NCBI RefSeq assembly: GCF_001194135.2
Contig: NC_068981.1
Span: 119,253,803-119,317,802, forward strand
Source: Octopus bimaculoides
Lineage: Eukaryota
DNA: 64,000 nucleotides
Direction: 5' to 3'
The notes below the pieces were generated by a model that was not told the origin of the DNA, did not search any database, and worked only from the letters and a program-made list of their open reading frames with translations. Every line of letters begins with the position of its first letter. The first letter of the stretch is position 1. The position numbers were made by a program, and so were the translations under genes. Below are positions 12,501-64,000 of this stretch, in pieces.

Positions 12501-13904
12501 TCCATTTTCATTTTCTTTACTAGGTAGAGTGGTGGCTAGCAGAATTGTTAGAGCTGCTGAGAAAATAGTTTGTGGTAGTTAGTTGTCTGAGGTCCAGTTT
12601 GCTTTTTAACTTTCTGGGGTGTATAGGGTAGCAGTTACTAATACTTTCATCAATGCAATACCTGACGTTTTTTTTAACATTTGAAATATCATACAGGTAA
12701 ATGTTAAGTAATAATGAGGTTGGTCAGTATTTAGGTGGGTATTATTGGGAAAAATGTTGTTATAGGCTGAGGACACAAGATGATGGTGCATTTATCTGCA
12801 GCAGCTATGTAAATGTCTTCTACATAGATATTTGTTGATTTAACTATTACAAGGCTAATTCTTGTAAGGGTATCATGTAATTTGATTGAATAGTATCAGT
12901 GTATTACTCTAACTGCCATAAAAAAAAAGAAAGTGTTTCCAATTCAGAGGAACTAAGTAAATGCAACAAGTTATTTAGTCGATATTCTACTGTATCTACC
13001 GTCTTGTGACATTGTTCATTGACTGTAATAATATGTATAAAAGTTATCTAATTTTGTTTTGTTTGCATACAATGATAATGTAAACTAAAATGAATTACAA
13101 TAATTACAGTAAGCTCAATTCAATGATTACAATAATCATTGGTTTATTTGCCATGCTTTTTCTCAAAGGAATAATGTGTATCAATTAAGGCAACAAATTT
13201 TTCCTTCATTTTAGAACATCCTAAATAATACCATTAAATGAGCTACTGTTGTTTTTAGTTCCAGATCAGTCCTGGTTATGCAGACCTATGATTAAAGCCA
13301 CTTTAGCTTTAACTGTCCCATCTGTTCTGAGACACAATATATCTAGGATTATGTTATCCAATGGGTTGTTTTTGTTTTTAAAAATAAAGACAAGGTTGTG
13401 ATTTGTGGAAGATTCAGCTGCTATTTCTAGCAGATTGAGTGATTGCATGGAGCTTTCCTTGTTGGTTTGATATTATTATTTAGAAACAATATCTAAACTT
13501 TAACCTTTGGAGTACACTAATTAATGGGTTCTCCTAGGCATGTTGTTCATGTCTAGGAGAACCCAATATATCTAGAACTACATCCCCTTCTTTATGCATG
13601 AACCTGATATGACACAAACTGCACAGATTGATGCAACACAATTAGATGCACAATATCCTACTCATAACAGACAGTTGCAGGATGAGTTGAAATGATTGTT
13701 GTACTGAATAAATACTAGTGCTAAATCTATCTTCCATTTCCTTCATAAGTTGTTATTATCTCAACTAACACTGTGGAATTCCTGACATAGATCCAGGGGG
13801 AACATGTCCCAACTGTGGATGACACCAAGTAGCCCAATCTGTGAATGTGCTTTACCCAACACACTAATTGACATATACTCATTGATCCAAAAAATTACAC
13901 ACAT

Positions 13905-13905
<1 letters not shown>

Positions 13906-13954
<49 letters not shown>
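13906..13954. repeat. (CA)n microsatellite
   Basis: About 24 CA units. Confidence 0.95.
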
Positions 13955-13958
<4 letters not shown>

Positions 13959-14211
13959 CTACTTTTGTAAGAAGAGTGGTGACTCTGACTAAGGTTAGCA
14001 GGCTGAATTTTTGTAGTCACTGTCACCAATTTTCTTGTAAAAGTATAATAAATATATACTCTACAAAAAGTATTGTGTTTTTCAGTTTAATGTAAAAAAT
14101 TTTTTTATTATAACTCAACATAAAAACAAATGATAATTTAAATATACAATGTATATACGTCTGTTATATAATGAATATGTGTCTTAACTAATATCTTCTT
14201 TATTTTTGCAG

Positions 14212-54044
<39,833 letters not shown>

Positions 54045-55469
54045 GTTTTTTGTCTATCTTTGATGTTTCTTTCTTTGTTGTCATGTCTCTGGTTTACCTT
54101 AATAGTTGAGTCATAAACACTAAAGCATCCTTTTAATGTCACTTCTCCTACTTTGCTTTCACCTCACTTACCCAATTCATTTTCCAATAACAAAAACATA
54201 AGTTTGTATAACATCAGTAACCTGTATTTGATTAGAATTCTGCAGATTTTTCAAATTTAATGCTTTTCTTTTCTATTATATATAATATTTAAAAAAAACC
54301 CACCTTATTTATGTGTAAATATATTAGTGTTAATTTGATTATCTTGAAATTATCTAAGATTGATTTTTAAAAATTTCTATTAATGAATCAAACAAAGAAA
54401 AAATACATTTATTGTAGACATGAAAACTCCAAATTATATTTTAAAAGTCCATTCATATTATATTCCAATATCGGGTTTATAATTTGAAATTTCGATATTG
54501 TACATAGGTAACAAGTATATTCCTTACATCTCAAAAAGAGATGTATTTGACAAAATAAGCAATAAGATTTAAATTCTTATAAAAATGAAATCATTGGTAA
54601 TTAATTTCTTGTTCAGTCAATTTATATTTTCAAGCAACGATCTTCATTGCTAAATTATAAAAGCAAAAACTGACAATTCATTTTGCTTCCTTGCATGCTA
54701 CATTTTCTCTACTCCTCTTTAAATGTTAATGTTTCTGAAAGTTTTTAAATGTTAACATTTAAAATTAAAAAAGAATATTTTCTGATACCTCATTATTATT
54801 CCTGCTATCACAATTCTAATAAGTTGCATGTAAATAAGATAGATATTGATTTCATATTTCTTACATCCATTGAAATAAGTTGTCCCTTATTTGATTCAGG
54901 TTTTGTATCTGTTTGAGTTAAATCTCTATTCTGATGTATTTAATAAAAAAATATATATAACTGATGGGCTCAAAGATATAATTTCTCGTCTTAAAGCATT
55001 ATTATTAATAAATGTCTATGATAAGAATATGTAACCAAAAAAAAAAAAACGTTGGTGTATTAAACTAGTCACTGGATAACCATTGTTGATACCTGTGTAG
55101 TGTAACAAGTTAACAACATTAGTAATCAAATTTTTAGTGTCCATTCAAACAGAACCTGAAATTCAAAGAATGTTATGTTTTTCATATTTTGCATGAATAT
55201 CTTTGGTAGTGGGGTCTTTTTATGATTGCTTTTGTTTTTTTTTTTGTTTTGTTTTTTTCATCAGTTTTCAATTGAATTGTTGTAAATGTAGGCACCTCTT
55301 ATAATCAATATCTCAATGCTGTTTTCTGATATGCACTCATGCATGTACATGTGTATAAGCACACACACACACACACATATTCACACATGCCTGCACATAA
55401 GCACACAATTGAGAAACTGGCTAAATGTAAAAATTGACTGTCCTGGTATAGACTCTGAGTCAAACTAGT

Positions 55470-56620
55470 AATACAAAAAGATGTCATAGCCAATGATTGG
55501 TGTAGCAGTATTATTATCAATTGCTACAAGGCTTAAGAAGATACTCTAAATAGATGCAACTACAGAGGTATTAAATTAATGAACCAAGTTATGAAAATGA
55601 CAGAAAGAATTAGGAACAGGAAAGATTAGGAGCAGAATTAGCTCAGATGAGATGAATTACAGTTTGTGGTAGAACATAATATCCTCTTCCTTTTGATGCA
55701 GCTACAGGGTAAGTTCTCAGTTTAGAGCAAGCCAGTATACCTTACATTTGTTGACCTCGAGAAGACATTTGATAAGGTACCATATTCTGTAGTCTAATGG
55801 TCACTATGAAAACAAAGTGTAAATGAATGACATATGAAAGTCATGCAAGACTTGAATAGAGGTCCCATAGCAAAATGAGACTCGAGAACTGCTACATATC
55901 AATGAGCTAGAAATTTGAAGTGTAGAAGCAAAAACTAGAATCAAGAAGCCACAAAGTAAATATACCAAAGACAAACGTTTTAGTAAGTAAAAGAATACAG
56001 GGGTCTACTACTATTCGGAATATGTAGAGAAAGAGTTGTAGGAATTCCATAAAGTGTGGAAACTATGATTGAACAAAGGTTTCATAGGAATCATAAGCAG
56101 ATTGATGGAGAAGATGTAATAGATGCATACCATAAGCAGTAAGAGTTCCGTGTGAAATAATTGCTTTCAGTTACTTGGAAGACTCTCTCAACCAACTTAG
56201 TAGTGGAAGCTGGTGTTTTGAAAGCAGTGTAACCATAGTAAGAATATAGTAGGGAAAGTTCTTGGAGCTATTACTTGTAATAAAAGGATTATCTCTCAGA
56301 GGGAGATATATAAAGACTAGAAAAGAAAACGGTGGACATGCTCTGTTACATATATAATGATAGTGTGCATGAAAAGTGGAGCACAAATGCGCTGAGAGAA
56401 AAACTGAGTGTAAGAAAAATTAGGTGTAGTGTGTGAAAGTGAAGTTTATGTTGGTATAGACATGTGATGCATATGAAGGATGGCAAACAGTCCAAGTGGA
56501 AGGAACCTGTGGAAGAAGATTGAGTTTCATGGAAGAGATGATAGATGACTGCCATGAGTGACAATGGGTGCTTGAGAAGACCAGTTCAACTCTTGCAAGC
56601 ATGGAAAAAGAAAACATATG
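55470..56620 (+). mobile_element. Old RTE LINE remnant
   Basis: NYRGIKLMNQVMK..FVDLEKTFDKVP.. decayed through the C-terminus. Confidence 0.7.
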
Positions 56621-57409
56621 ACCTATTACTTCATGGTGTGGGGGTGGGATTCGCAGGGGAATTAGATTAGGGAAATGATATAAGGATGACTCCAAACTTG
56701 ACAACACTAGGTCTCACAGACAAAGCAGTGTAAGACCGATGCACATAAAAATATACAAATCCATCTATGAAAAAAAATGATGCTAAATTAATTGTGTGCA
56801 GAGGAATGTCAACAAAGAGATGTATAACGAAATATTGATGAGTAATCATTTACCATTCACTTTATTTTCATTCAACATTTAATGAAGGAAACTGTTCTCA
56901 GTATTCATTAATGAACCCGCCTTTGTTTCATGACTTCAAATGCTTTTAAAAAATTGAATTTGACTGCCCTTTTTTTCAATCAGTTATTTCAAGAAAAGTA
57001 TATTTCTGATATCCTGTAAGGTTTCTCTCTTCCTGGAATCATCATCATCATCATTTAGCATTTACCTTCTATGCTGGTATGTGTAGGACAGTTTGATATG
57101 ATCTGACAAGTCCCAGGGTTGCATCAAACTCCAGTGTTTGTTTTGGCAGGTGTTTCTATGGTTGGATGCCCTTCCTAACACCAACTATTTTATTAAGTGT
57201 ACTGGGTGCTTTTTTTATGGTTCCAGAATGAGAGAGTTCACCATGTAATTTGAAAGATAAAAAGGCTCTCACAGCTGAGTAAGAATGGACTGTTTGTAAT
57301 GTTGGTACAGTTAGAGATGAAGTTAGTGTACTAAAAAAACCATGTAAAAGAATGGGCATCCACAGAGGAGTAATCACCAGAGAACTCTGTCCTACTTGGC
57401 ACAGGCTTC

Positions 57410-58650
57410 AGAGGAGTGTATAACAAAAGTGAGCATAACTTTCTTAGCAACTGATGTAGGTTGTTCAAATTGTACATAATGGCAGAGTAACTCTTTTTCT
57501 GCAGTTACTCTTTTTCCTGTTCTTTATTGCTGGTAAATAATGGGTTCTAAGCATAAGCAATGTGCTGTCATTAAATTCTTGACAAAGTGGGGTCCAGACT
57601 GTTCGACAACTACAGAAAGCCACATGTTGTTTAGAGATGACATCGTTAATGAGAGCAATATGCACAAGTGGATGAAAAGGTTACCAGCCACACAGTGGAG
57701 AAACTAAAGAACTGCAACCATTGTCACAAATCACCAGCGAGTAGACAAAGTGATTAATGCAGACAGATGAGTCATAATTTGTGAGCTAGCTCTACAACTG
57801 GACTCTGGCCGCAATGCATTACAGAAGATGGCTGAAGACTTTGGGTATTGTAAAGTTTGTGCTCCAGTACTTAACACCTGATTTGAGAGGGAAAAGGGTG
57901 GAAGTTGGTTTTTATCTGCTGCAAGTTTTTGGAACTAACTATGACATTTTATTCTTATCTGGTGACAGGAGATGAAATGTCAGGGTTCCTTTATAATCAG
58001 GAAATGAAGGCTCAGTCCAAGGAATGGCACCACACGTTTCCTCCAAGGTCTATGAAATTCAAGAACCAGGAATTGGTGCAGAAAGTTATGGTCACTGTTT
58101 TTGGGATGACAAGGGTGTCATTCTCCTTGATTTTCTTGAACATGGAAGGACCTTGAACAGTAATCAGTACACAAAGACTTTCAAAAAGCATAGAAAAGGG
58201 ATTAGGAAAAAGAAAGCAAACAAGAATCTGAAAACGATCCATATCCGCTTTGACAATGCTCTACTACACCCATTTTCAGTAATACATCCAGCAACTGGTA
58301 AATTGGGCTGGTTATTGGTCACCATCCACTGTACAGCCCAGATCTGGCACCCACTGACTTCCACCTGTCCAGTCCAATGGAAAACAGTCTTTGGGAACAG
58401 AGATTTGATGACATAGAGGAGGTGAAAGTGTGAAGAAGTGGCTAGAACAAAGCAGACCTGAGTCTTTTCAAAGAGGATTTGAGATTTGGGTTCATCAATG
58501 GTGCAAATGCATCACTTGTGACGAAGACTATGTTCATTAGTATTTTTGTGTAGAGGTAGAGTCACTCTACCAGCATGTGCAATTTAAACAACGTACATCA
58601 GTTAATAAAACGTTATGCTCACTTTTGCGTTACTTTTAGAACGAGCCTCA
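57410..58650 (+). mobile_element. Degenerate mariner (irritans-like)
   Basis: QCAVIKFL; KAQSKEW; FWDDKGVILLDFLEHGRT; HPLYSPDLAPTDFHL; TIR core caaaagtgagcataac at 57424 and inverted at 58612. Confidence 0.85.
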
Positions 58651-60986
58651 AACAAAATGAATATGAAGAAGATGCCAGTATGTTTAACTTGAACTGTGAT
58701 CAAGTTTCATTACAAAAGTATAGAAGAGACAAAGTAGACAAATCTTAGTGAAATCTATTGATCAAAGTAACAGGTTTTTCGTGATCAACAAATTTACTTC
58801 AACTAAAATTTAAGTTAAGAGTCATAGAGTAGAAAGATGTTTCTGACAATCCCAGTTCTTACTGTTTTATGTTACTGACTGAATTGAGAGAGACACAAAT
58901 ATTTTGCCATTTGCTCAAAAAAATCTAGAACCTCATTCTCTTGTATTCAATATTTCAATAATTTTAATGAAGATAAGTCACCGAATTTTTCACTTTGCAT
59001 CTTTCTGGAGACAGTAATGGAAAATCAGTCTAGTGCACCAGCTCCTTTACACAGTCACAGTGTCATTGTAAACAGCACCTACAATTAAATAAGACTACAG
59101 AATTATTGTCAACAAAAAGGCAAAAGGGAGTTGAGATGATGTTCTCATTGTTGTTAGTGATATGAAGTGAAAATATCAACTGAGAAGTGAATCCAAGTTT
59201 TAAGCTCAGTTTACTGCAAGTTTACTATCACCTGATTTCAATCTCCATGGATGTTATGAGTTATTGTTAAAAAACAACAACAGTAAAGTGTATGTGGGGT
59301 ACAAGTTTCCATTCATTTTCTTTGTAGTCAATCATACTATGAATATTGTTTCAAAAAAATTAAAAAGAAATAAGAAACAACAAAAGGTATAGTAATTATG
59401 GGTAACAATTGAAAATATAAACCACATATTGTTTTGATTAATTCACTATTTTTATTAACTTATAAGAAACTATATGACAAACCATATTTACTTGAGGGCA
59501 ATGTGATCTCAAATATAATGCAACCTCCATTTTTTGTGCCTAAAAAAATAATCAATAATATATTTTATCCTTTTTTTTTTAAACTTGTGTATAATGTTCT
59601 TCTCCAGTTTTGATTCTGGTGTTTTTTTAATTAATTTTCCTGTATTTATACATGTATAAATGCAGCATATTGGAAGTAAAAATGTTAGAGCCTTAAATCA
59701 TCATAAAAGAGAATCATGAAAGTGTCATATCAGAAGAACTACTGAAAGTAATTAAAATCGCTGACAATTTTGAAGTTAGTGGGATTCTCATTGAGAAACA
59801 AGCAATGTCATATACCTTGGGTTGTGTCTGATATGAAAGTTTAGTTTTATTTTAAACTGTCATTGTTGTGAAATCCATTGTAGTAGATGACTGGATGTCA
59901 TAAGTTGAACTTTGCATAAAATATTTTGCAAATCAGTCATTACATAATCAGATTTAATAATAAAGGAAAGATCAGTATATATCCACCTAACAGTGGTACA
60001 TGGACTGTTGCATATCAGCCATTCTGTACAACTCTTAATCAAAACTAGAACCCTTGATCTATTGGAATTGCTAATTGATTGGAAAGGCTAGTCTGAGATA
60101 GTACTGAGCAGCATTCTGGTGACTTTACCCAAACACCTTGAACTTCAGCTCAGCAGAGTAAGTTAATAAATTATGAATTATACATGGATTACAGCATAGA
60201 ACTGTACCTATTTAAAGTTTGTGTTTAGAGCAAGCTAAACTTGACCTGCAAGAATTAAATATGTTGACCACAAGGTATATATGATATGATATGCACCATC
60301 AACCTTTACTGTAGTAATCCAGCATAACATTAACTTGGTCAGTTCTACCTCTCCATGAGAAGCCTGCTTTAAGAGAGCTTTTAAGAATTGTAAAGGGAAA
60401 GGTTATATTTAGAACTCCTTAATAAAACTTTGGAAATTAGAGAAAATTGACAAAGTCCCATAATGAGCCAAGAAAGAATGTCCATAGAGAAAAGGAAAAT
60501 TCCTTATTGAATCATAGTTTTCTCTCAAAACCATTAAGAATAATATATACTTCATGATTTCTTGGAAATTTCTGTAGCAAATCTTCAAACTGTTGTTGAT
60601 TTGATTTTTATCTTTTGTTTGGATGTTTAGATAATGTTTCTATTTATATTCATCATCAAATTCAGTAGAAAATAAAAAGTTGATATTTAGTGACAATAAA
60701 GGTAAATTCATGTCTTATAAGATATTAGAGTCATTATGATGAGTTAGAAAATAATTTGCTTTGACCATTAGATATCAGAAACTTGTTAGTCTTTTAATGA
60801 AATATTGCAAATGTTTATTTTTCTTTTCAAAGCTCTGTTGTGATATTAATCTAATGAATAGATATATTATTATCCTAACTGAAAAGGAATCATCTTTTAA
60901 GTTTTAAACTAAAATTGCAAATTCTTATGACTTCAGTTCCCTTGTATTGTATTTACAGAATAGAATTTTGATTAATCACTTAGTTC

Positions 60987-60988
<2 letters not shown>

Positions 60989-61020
<32 letters not shown>
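60989..61020 (+). repeat. 32-nt poly-T tract directly before gctttcag
   Basis: Direct count. Confidence 0.9.
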
Positions 61021-61023
<3 letters not shown>

Positions 61024-62417
61024 TTCAGCTTAGGTCTTTTTATTTATTCATTTACAACCATCTTCATAATTGTTTTCTATGGTCTCTTATCTGTATTAGT
61101 TATTTTTTTTAGATGTGGACACATTATAAAATATTTGCTACTCTAAGTATTACTTTATAGCAAGTAATAGGCTATTATACTTCAAATTTCGTTGATAATA
61201 AATCTTAATTTTCATTATATTTTATATTTTATGGTACAATAAAAATTTCATCTGCTGAATTTAGTGCAAGGTTTTGAATATTGCATGAGATTGTTTTCAT
61301 CTAAACTGAATCAGTAAAATTAAACTTCTGTTCTTAAATGATATAGTTTCAGATTGAAATGTAGTAAAAAATTAGCTGTATGTTTTGTGTCAAGTGTTTT
61401 GCATGAGCTTTGTTTGAAAAATATATTTACTCTAGAGAAGTATTAGTGACTTTAAGCAGCTTGCACTGTCTTGATAGTAAATATGATTCTTGTATTCAGT
61501 TTGAATTTATGGTTTGTGGAAACAGTACAAGTTGAATTATAAAAATTTTATTGTTTTAAAAGCTTTTTTAAATTTTGGATAAAATTGAAATTTCTCTTTG
61601 TAGATGGTTATTTCATGATAGTTACTGTTTCTGTTTTAAGTAAAATATATGATTCTTATAATCAAATAGACCCTATAATACAATATAGGGTTTTAAATAA
61701 TGCTTCTTAACTTTTGATGTCAGTTGTTATAACTGAATACTATCTATTATATTTCACCTTCACAAATGTGTAAGGAATGGTTTGGACTATCACACACTTC
61801 TGCTAGTAGGTTATAGAAATATATTGTAATATACAGATGTCAAAAAGAATAATCTCAGTTAATAAAATATTGTTGATCTAAGTCAATGATAATATCAAAA
61901 AATTTAGCTGAAAAATCCTTTAGGTAAACTAGATATTGATCTTTTAAATATTTATTGTATTGTTAAGTAAATTAAAATATCTGTTGAAATCGTTTCTCTC
62001 CCAAAACTGATCCACATCTAATTATCTCATTATCTAAAATTCTTTCCTGATCTGTGGTTGTTTCTTCTTCCCTACAGTGCATCTCATTTGGAAATTTGGC
62101 TTCCTTTCCACCTGTATTCTCAAAAGTAGGATAACTTTGACTTTTGAACTCAGAGAGATTCTCCTTTGCACATCTAAAATATCTGCTTTGATTCACAACA
62201 CTTCTTTCTCCCACAATATTGTTGATTCTACTCTCTTGTTGTCACTCATCAGGACTATTATATTTTTTAAATCTACAGTTTATTCCAATACAGTGCATGC
62301 ACACAACCACACACACTTTCTTATACTTCATTTTTTTGTCATATATGATCTTTCACATCATGTTTTAACTGAAAGGTAGTGCTTGTTTACACAACTGCAT
62401 CAGTGTAATATTTATTG

Positions 62418-62461
<44 letters not shown>

Positions 62462-63611
62462 GTTTTAATATTTGTAGATTTACTCTGGAAACTTTTTGGG
62501 ACAATATTATCAAGTCCAGAGAACATAATTTGGTCTTTTACTTATTAAAAGTTCATGAAATAGCTAAATCTAGATTGAATAAAAGTATAGTTTATAAATT
62601 TATATTACTGACTAAAATCATTATATTAGGAGTTAATTTATTACTATTCTTTTGATGTTATTTTGATTATTATTAAGAAATCAATACTAGTAAATAATAA
62701 ACTACAACAACAACAAAATCATATTTCTCCTTTTTTGATGGTTACTAGTTTAAAATGTTGCTACTCCCCTTCTAATTAAATTTTTAATCAATTGGAAATG
62801 TTTAATTTAGTCAAATATGTTTCTATTGCATAATGTCTTTCTTTTTATGGTTGGCAAGAAAATTTTACCTAGAAATCCCTTATCAGTTGTATTTTTGGAA
62901 GAATCACCTTCATCAATAATTAAAACACTCAATGATATTATTATTAGTAGTATTTATTTCTTTAGGACTGTGAATGGCTGCATCACTGCAGAATATTTTC
63001 AGAATTTTATTCCTACAGGGGTTGACTTTGCCATTCATCCTTCAGCTATTAGTAAAATATTGATTATTAATAAATCATTTTCACTTATTTTTTCATTTTA
63101 AGTTAATAATTATAATTCTTAGTGCTGGTGTTTTAATTTTTGGTCAAAGATGACTCTTCCAAAAATAGGATTTATTTTTATTGACCTGAAATGCTTTTCT
63201 GTTTTGTATGTATTCTTTTTAATTTCCTCCCTGCTTGCATAACTTTAGAGCTTACCTGTTGTTTGTACAAATGTTTAATTATTGTATTTGTTGTCATTCT
63301 TATACCTGTGTAGATATTTCTTTTTCAAATGTTAAGCGTATGTTAGTATAATAGCTGATGAAGCTTGTTTTCTTTGTCTATTTTAATTGTATTGCTAACT
63401 CACTTTATAAGCTGTGTTAATGAATTACTAATAACATTCTAGCTTTGATGTTTAAAAATGCTTTTGAACAAAGCAAAACAGAAGCTGCTTTTCATACAAT
63501 CTAATTGTATATTGATTTAAAGTGTTCGCTTCAAATTAAACGTATATTGAATATCTAACTGGTACTTATTTCCTAAATAGCCTTTTACCAAATTTAGTAT
63601 CTTTTTTAAGG

Positions 63612-63773
63612 AGGCGTAGGAGTGGCTGTGTGGTAAGAGGCTTTCTTTCGAACCACATGGTTCCGGGTTCAGTCCCACTGCACCTTGGGCAAGTGTCTTC
63701 TACTATAGCCTCGGGCCGACCAAAGCCTTATGAGTGGATTTGGTAGACGGAAACTGAAAGAAGCCTGTCGTAT
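63612..63773 (+). mobile_element. SINE 5' half, truncated by an RTE insertion
   Basis: aggcgtaggagtggctgtgtgg...ggttcagtccc...gaagcctgtcgtat followed directly by RTE coding sequence. Confidence 0.85.
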
Positions 63774-64000
63774 GGGGCTATTAGACAAAAGAAACAGGCT
63801 TGGAAGAACGGTGGTAGCAGGGAATTGTACCAATCTGCCAGAAGGGAAGCTAGGCGACAGGTTTATTTAGCCAGAGGGGAAGCAGATAAGAAAAGATTTG
63901 CCAATGTTCTGTGCCGTGAGGACCAAATACTTGAGGTATTTCGTGTTGCAAGACAGTGTAGGAGAGAGAATAGTGATGTCGTAGGAAAGAAATGTGTTCG
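63774..64000 (+). mobile_element. RTE LINE fragment (EN-RT linker), runs off the window end
   Basis: AIRQKKQAWKNGGSRELYQSARREARRQVYLARGEADKKRF...EVFRVARQCRRENSDVVGKKCV. Confidence 0.8.

Noticed and set aside
13266-13448. ORF MQSLNLLEIAAESS... as a LINE remnant or gene
   Set aside because: The similarity to RTE post-YADD sequence is too weak to call.
1-14211. Miro first coding exon (M..VRILLVG(D/E))
   Set aside because: I scanned by eye for a matching phase-1 exon and found none; it is probably upstream of the window.
62966-63020. Exon-like segment RTVNGCITAEYFQNFIPTG after tttctttag
   Set aside because: The nearest donor gives 55 nt and breaks the phase; there is no Miro homology.

Overview
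Eukaryotic, AT-rich, repeat-dense animal DNA. The SINE/LINE repertoire looks octopod; this species call is my recollection, not a search result. The window lies inside one + strand gene, the mitochondrial Rho GTPase Miro (RHOT1/2 orthologue). I reconstructed 18 phase-consistent GT-AG coding exons (14212-49953, 1696 nt, no stops) covering nGTPase, EF-hand 1, EF-hand 2 and cGTPase up to MAAYP, plus a probable 69-nt cassette exon (53976-54044). I could not find the ATG exon or a canonical transmembrane exon; both probably lie outside the window. The introns hold only dead transposons: a full-length piggyBac carrying a nested 8-bp-TSD MITE, three mariners, a Tc1, piggyBac- and hAT-type MITEs, many RTE LINE fragments, CR1-like and pogo-like remnants, and at least three tRNA-derived SINE families. 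The best leads are alternative C-terminal Miro exons, a possible A-to-I site that would restore an EF-hand glycine, an inverted-SINE-flanked 363-nt stop-free exon block (circRNA candidate), and several resolvable nested or unusual insertions. No clearly new biological system is demonstrable from sequence alone.
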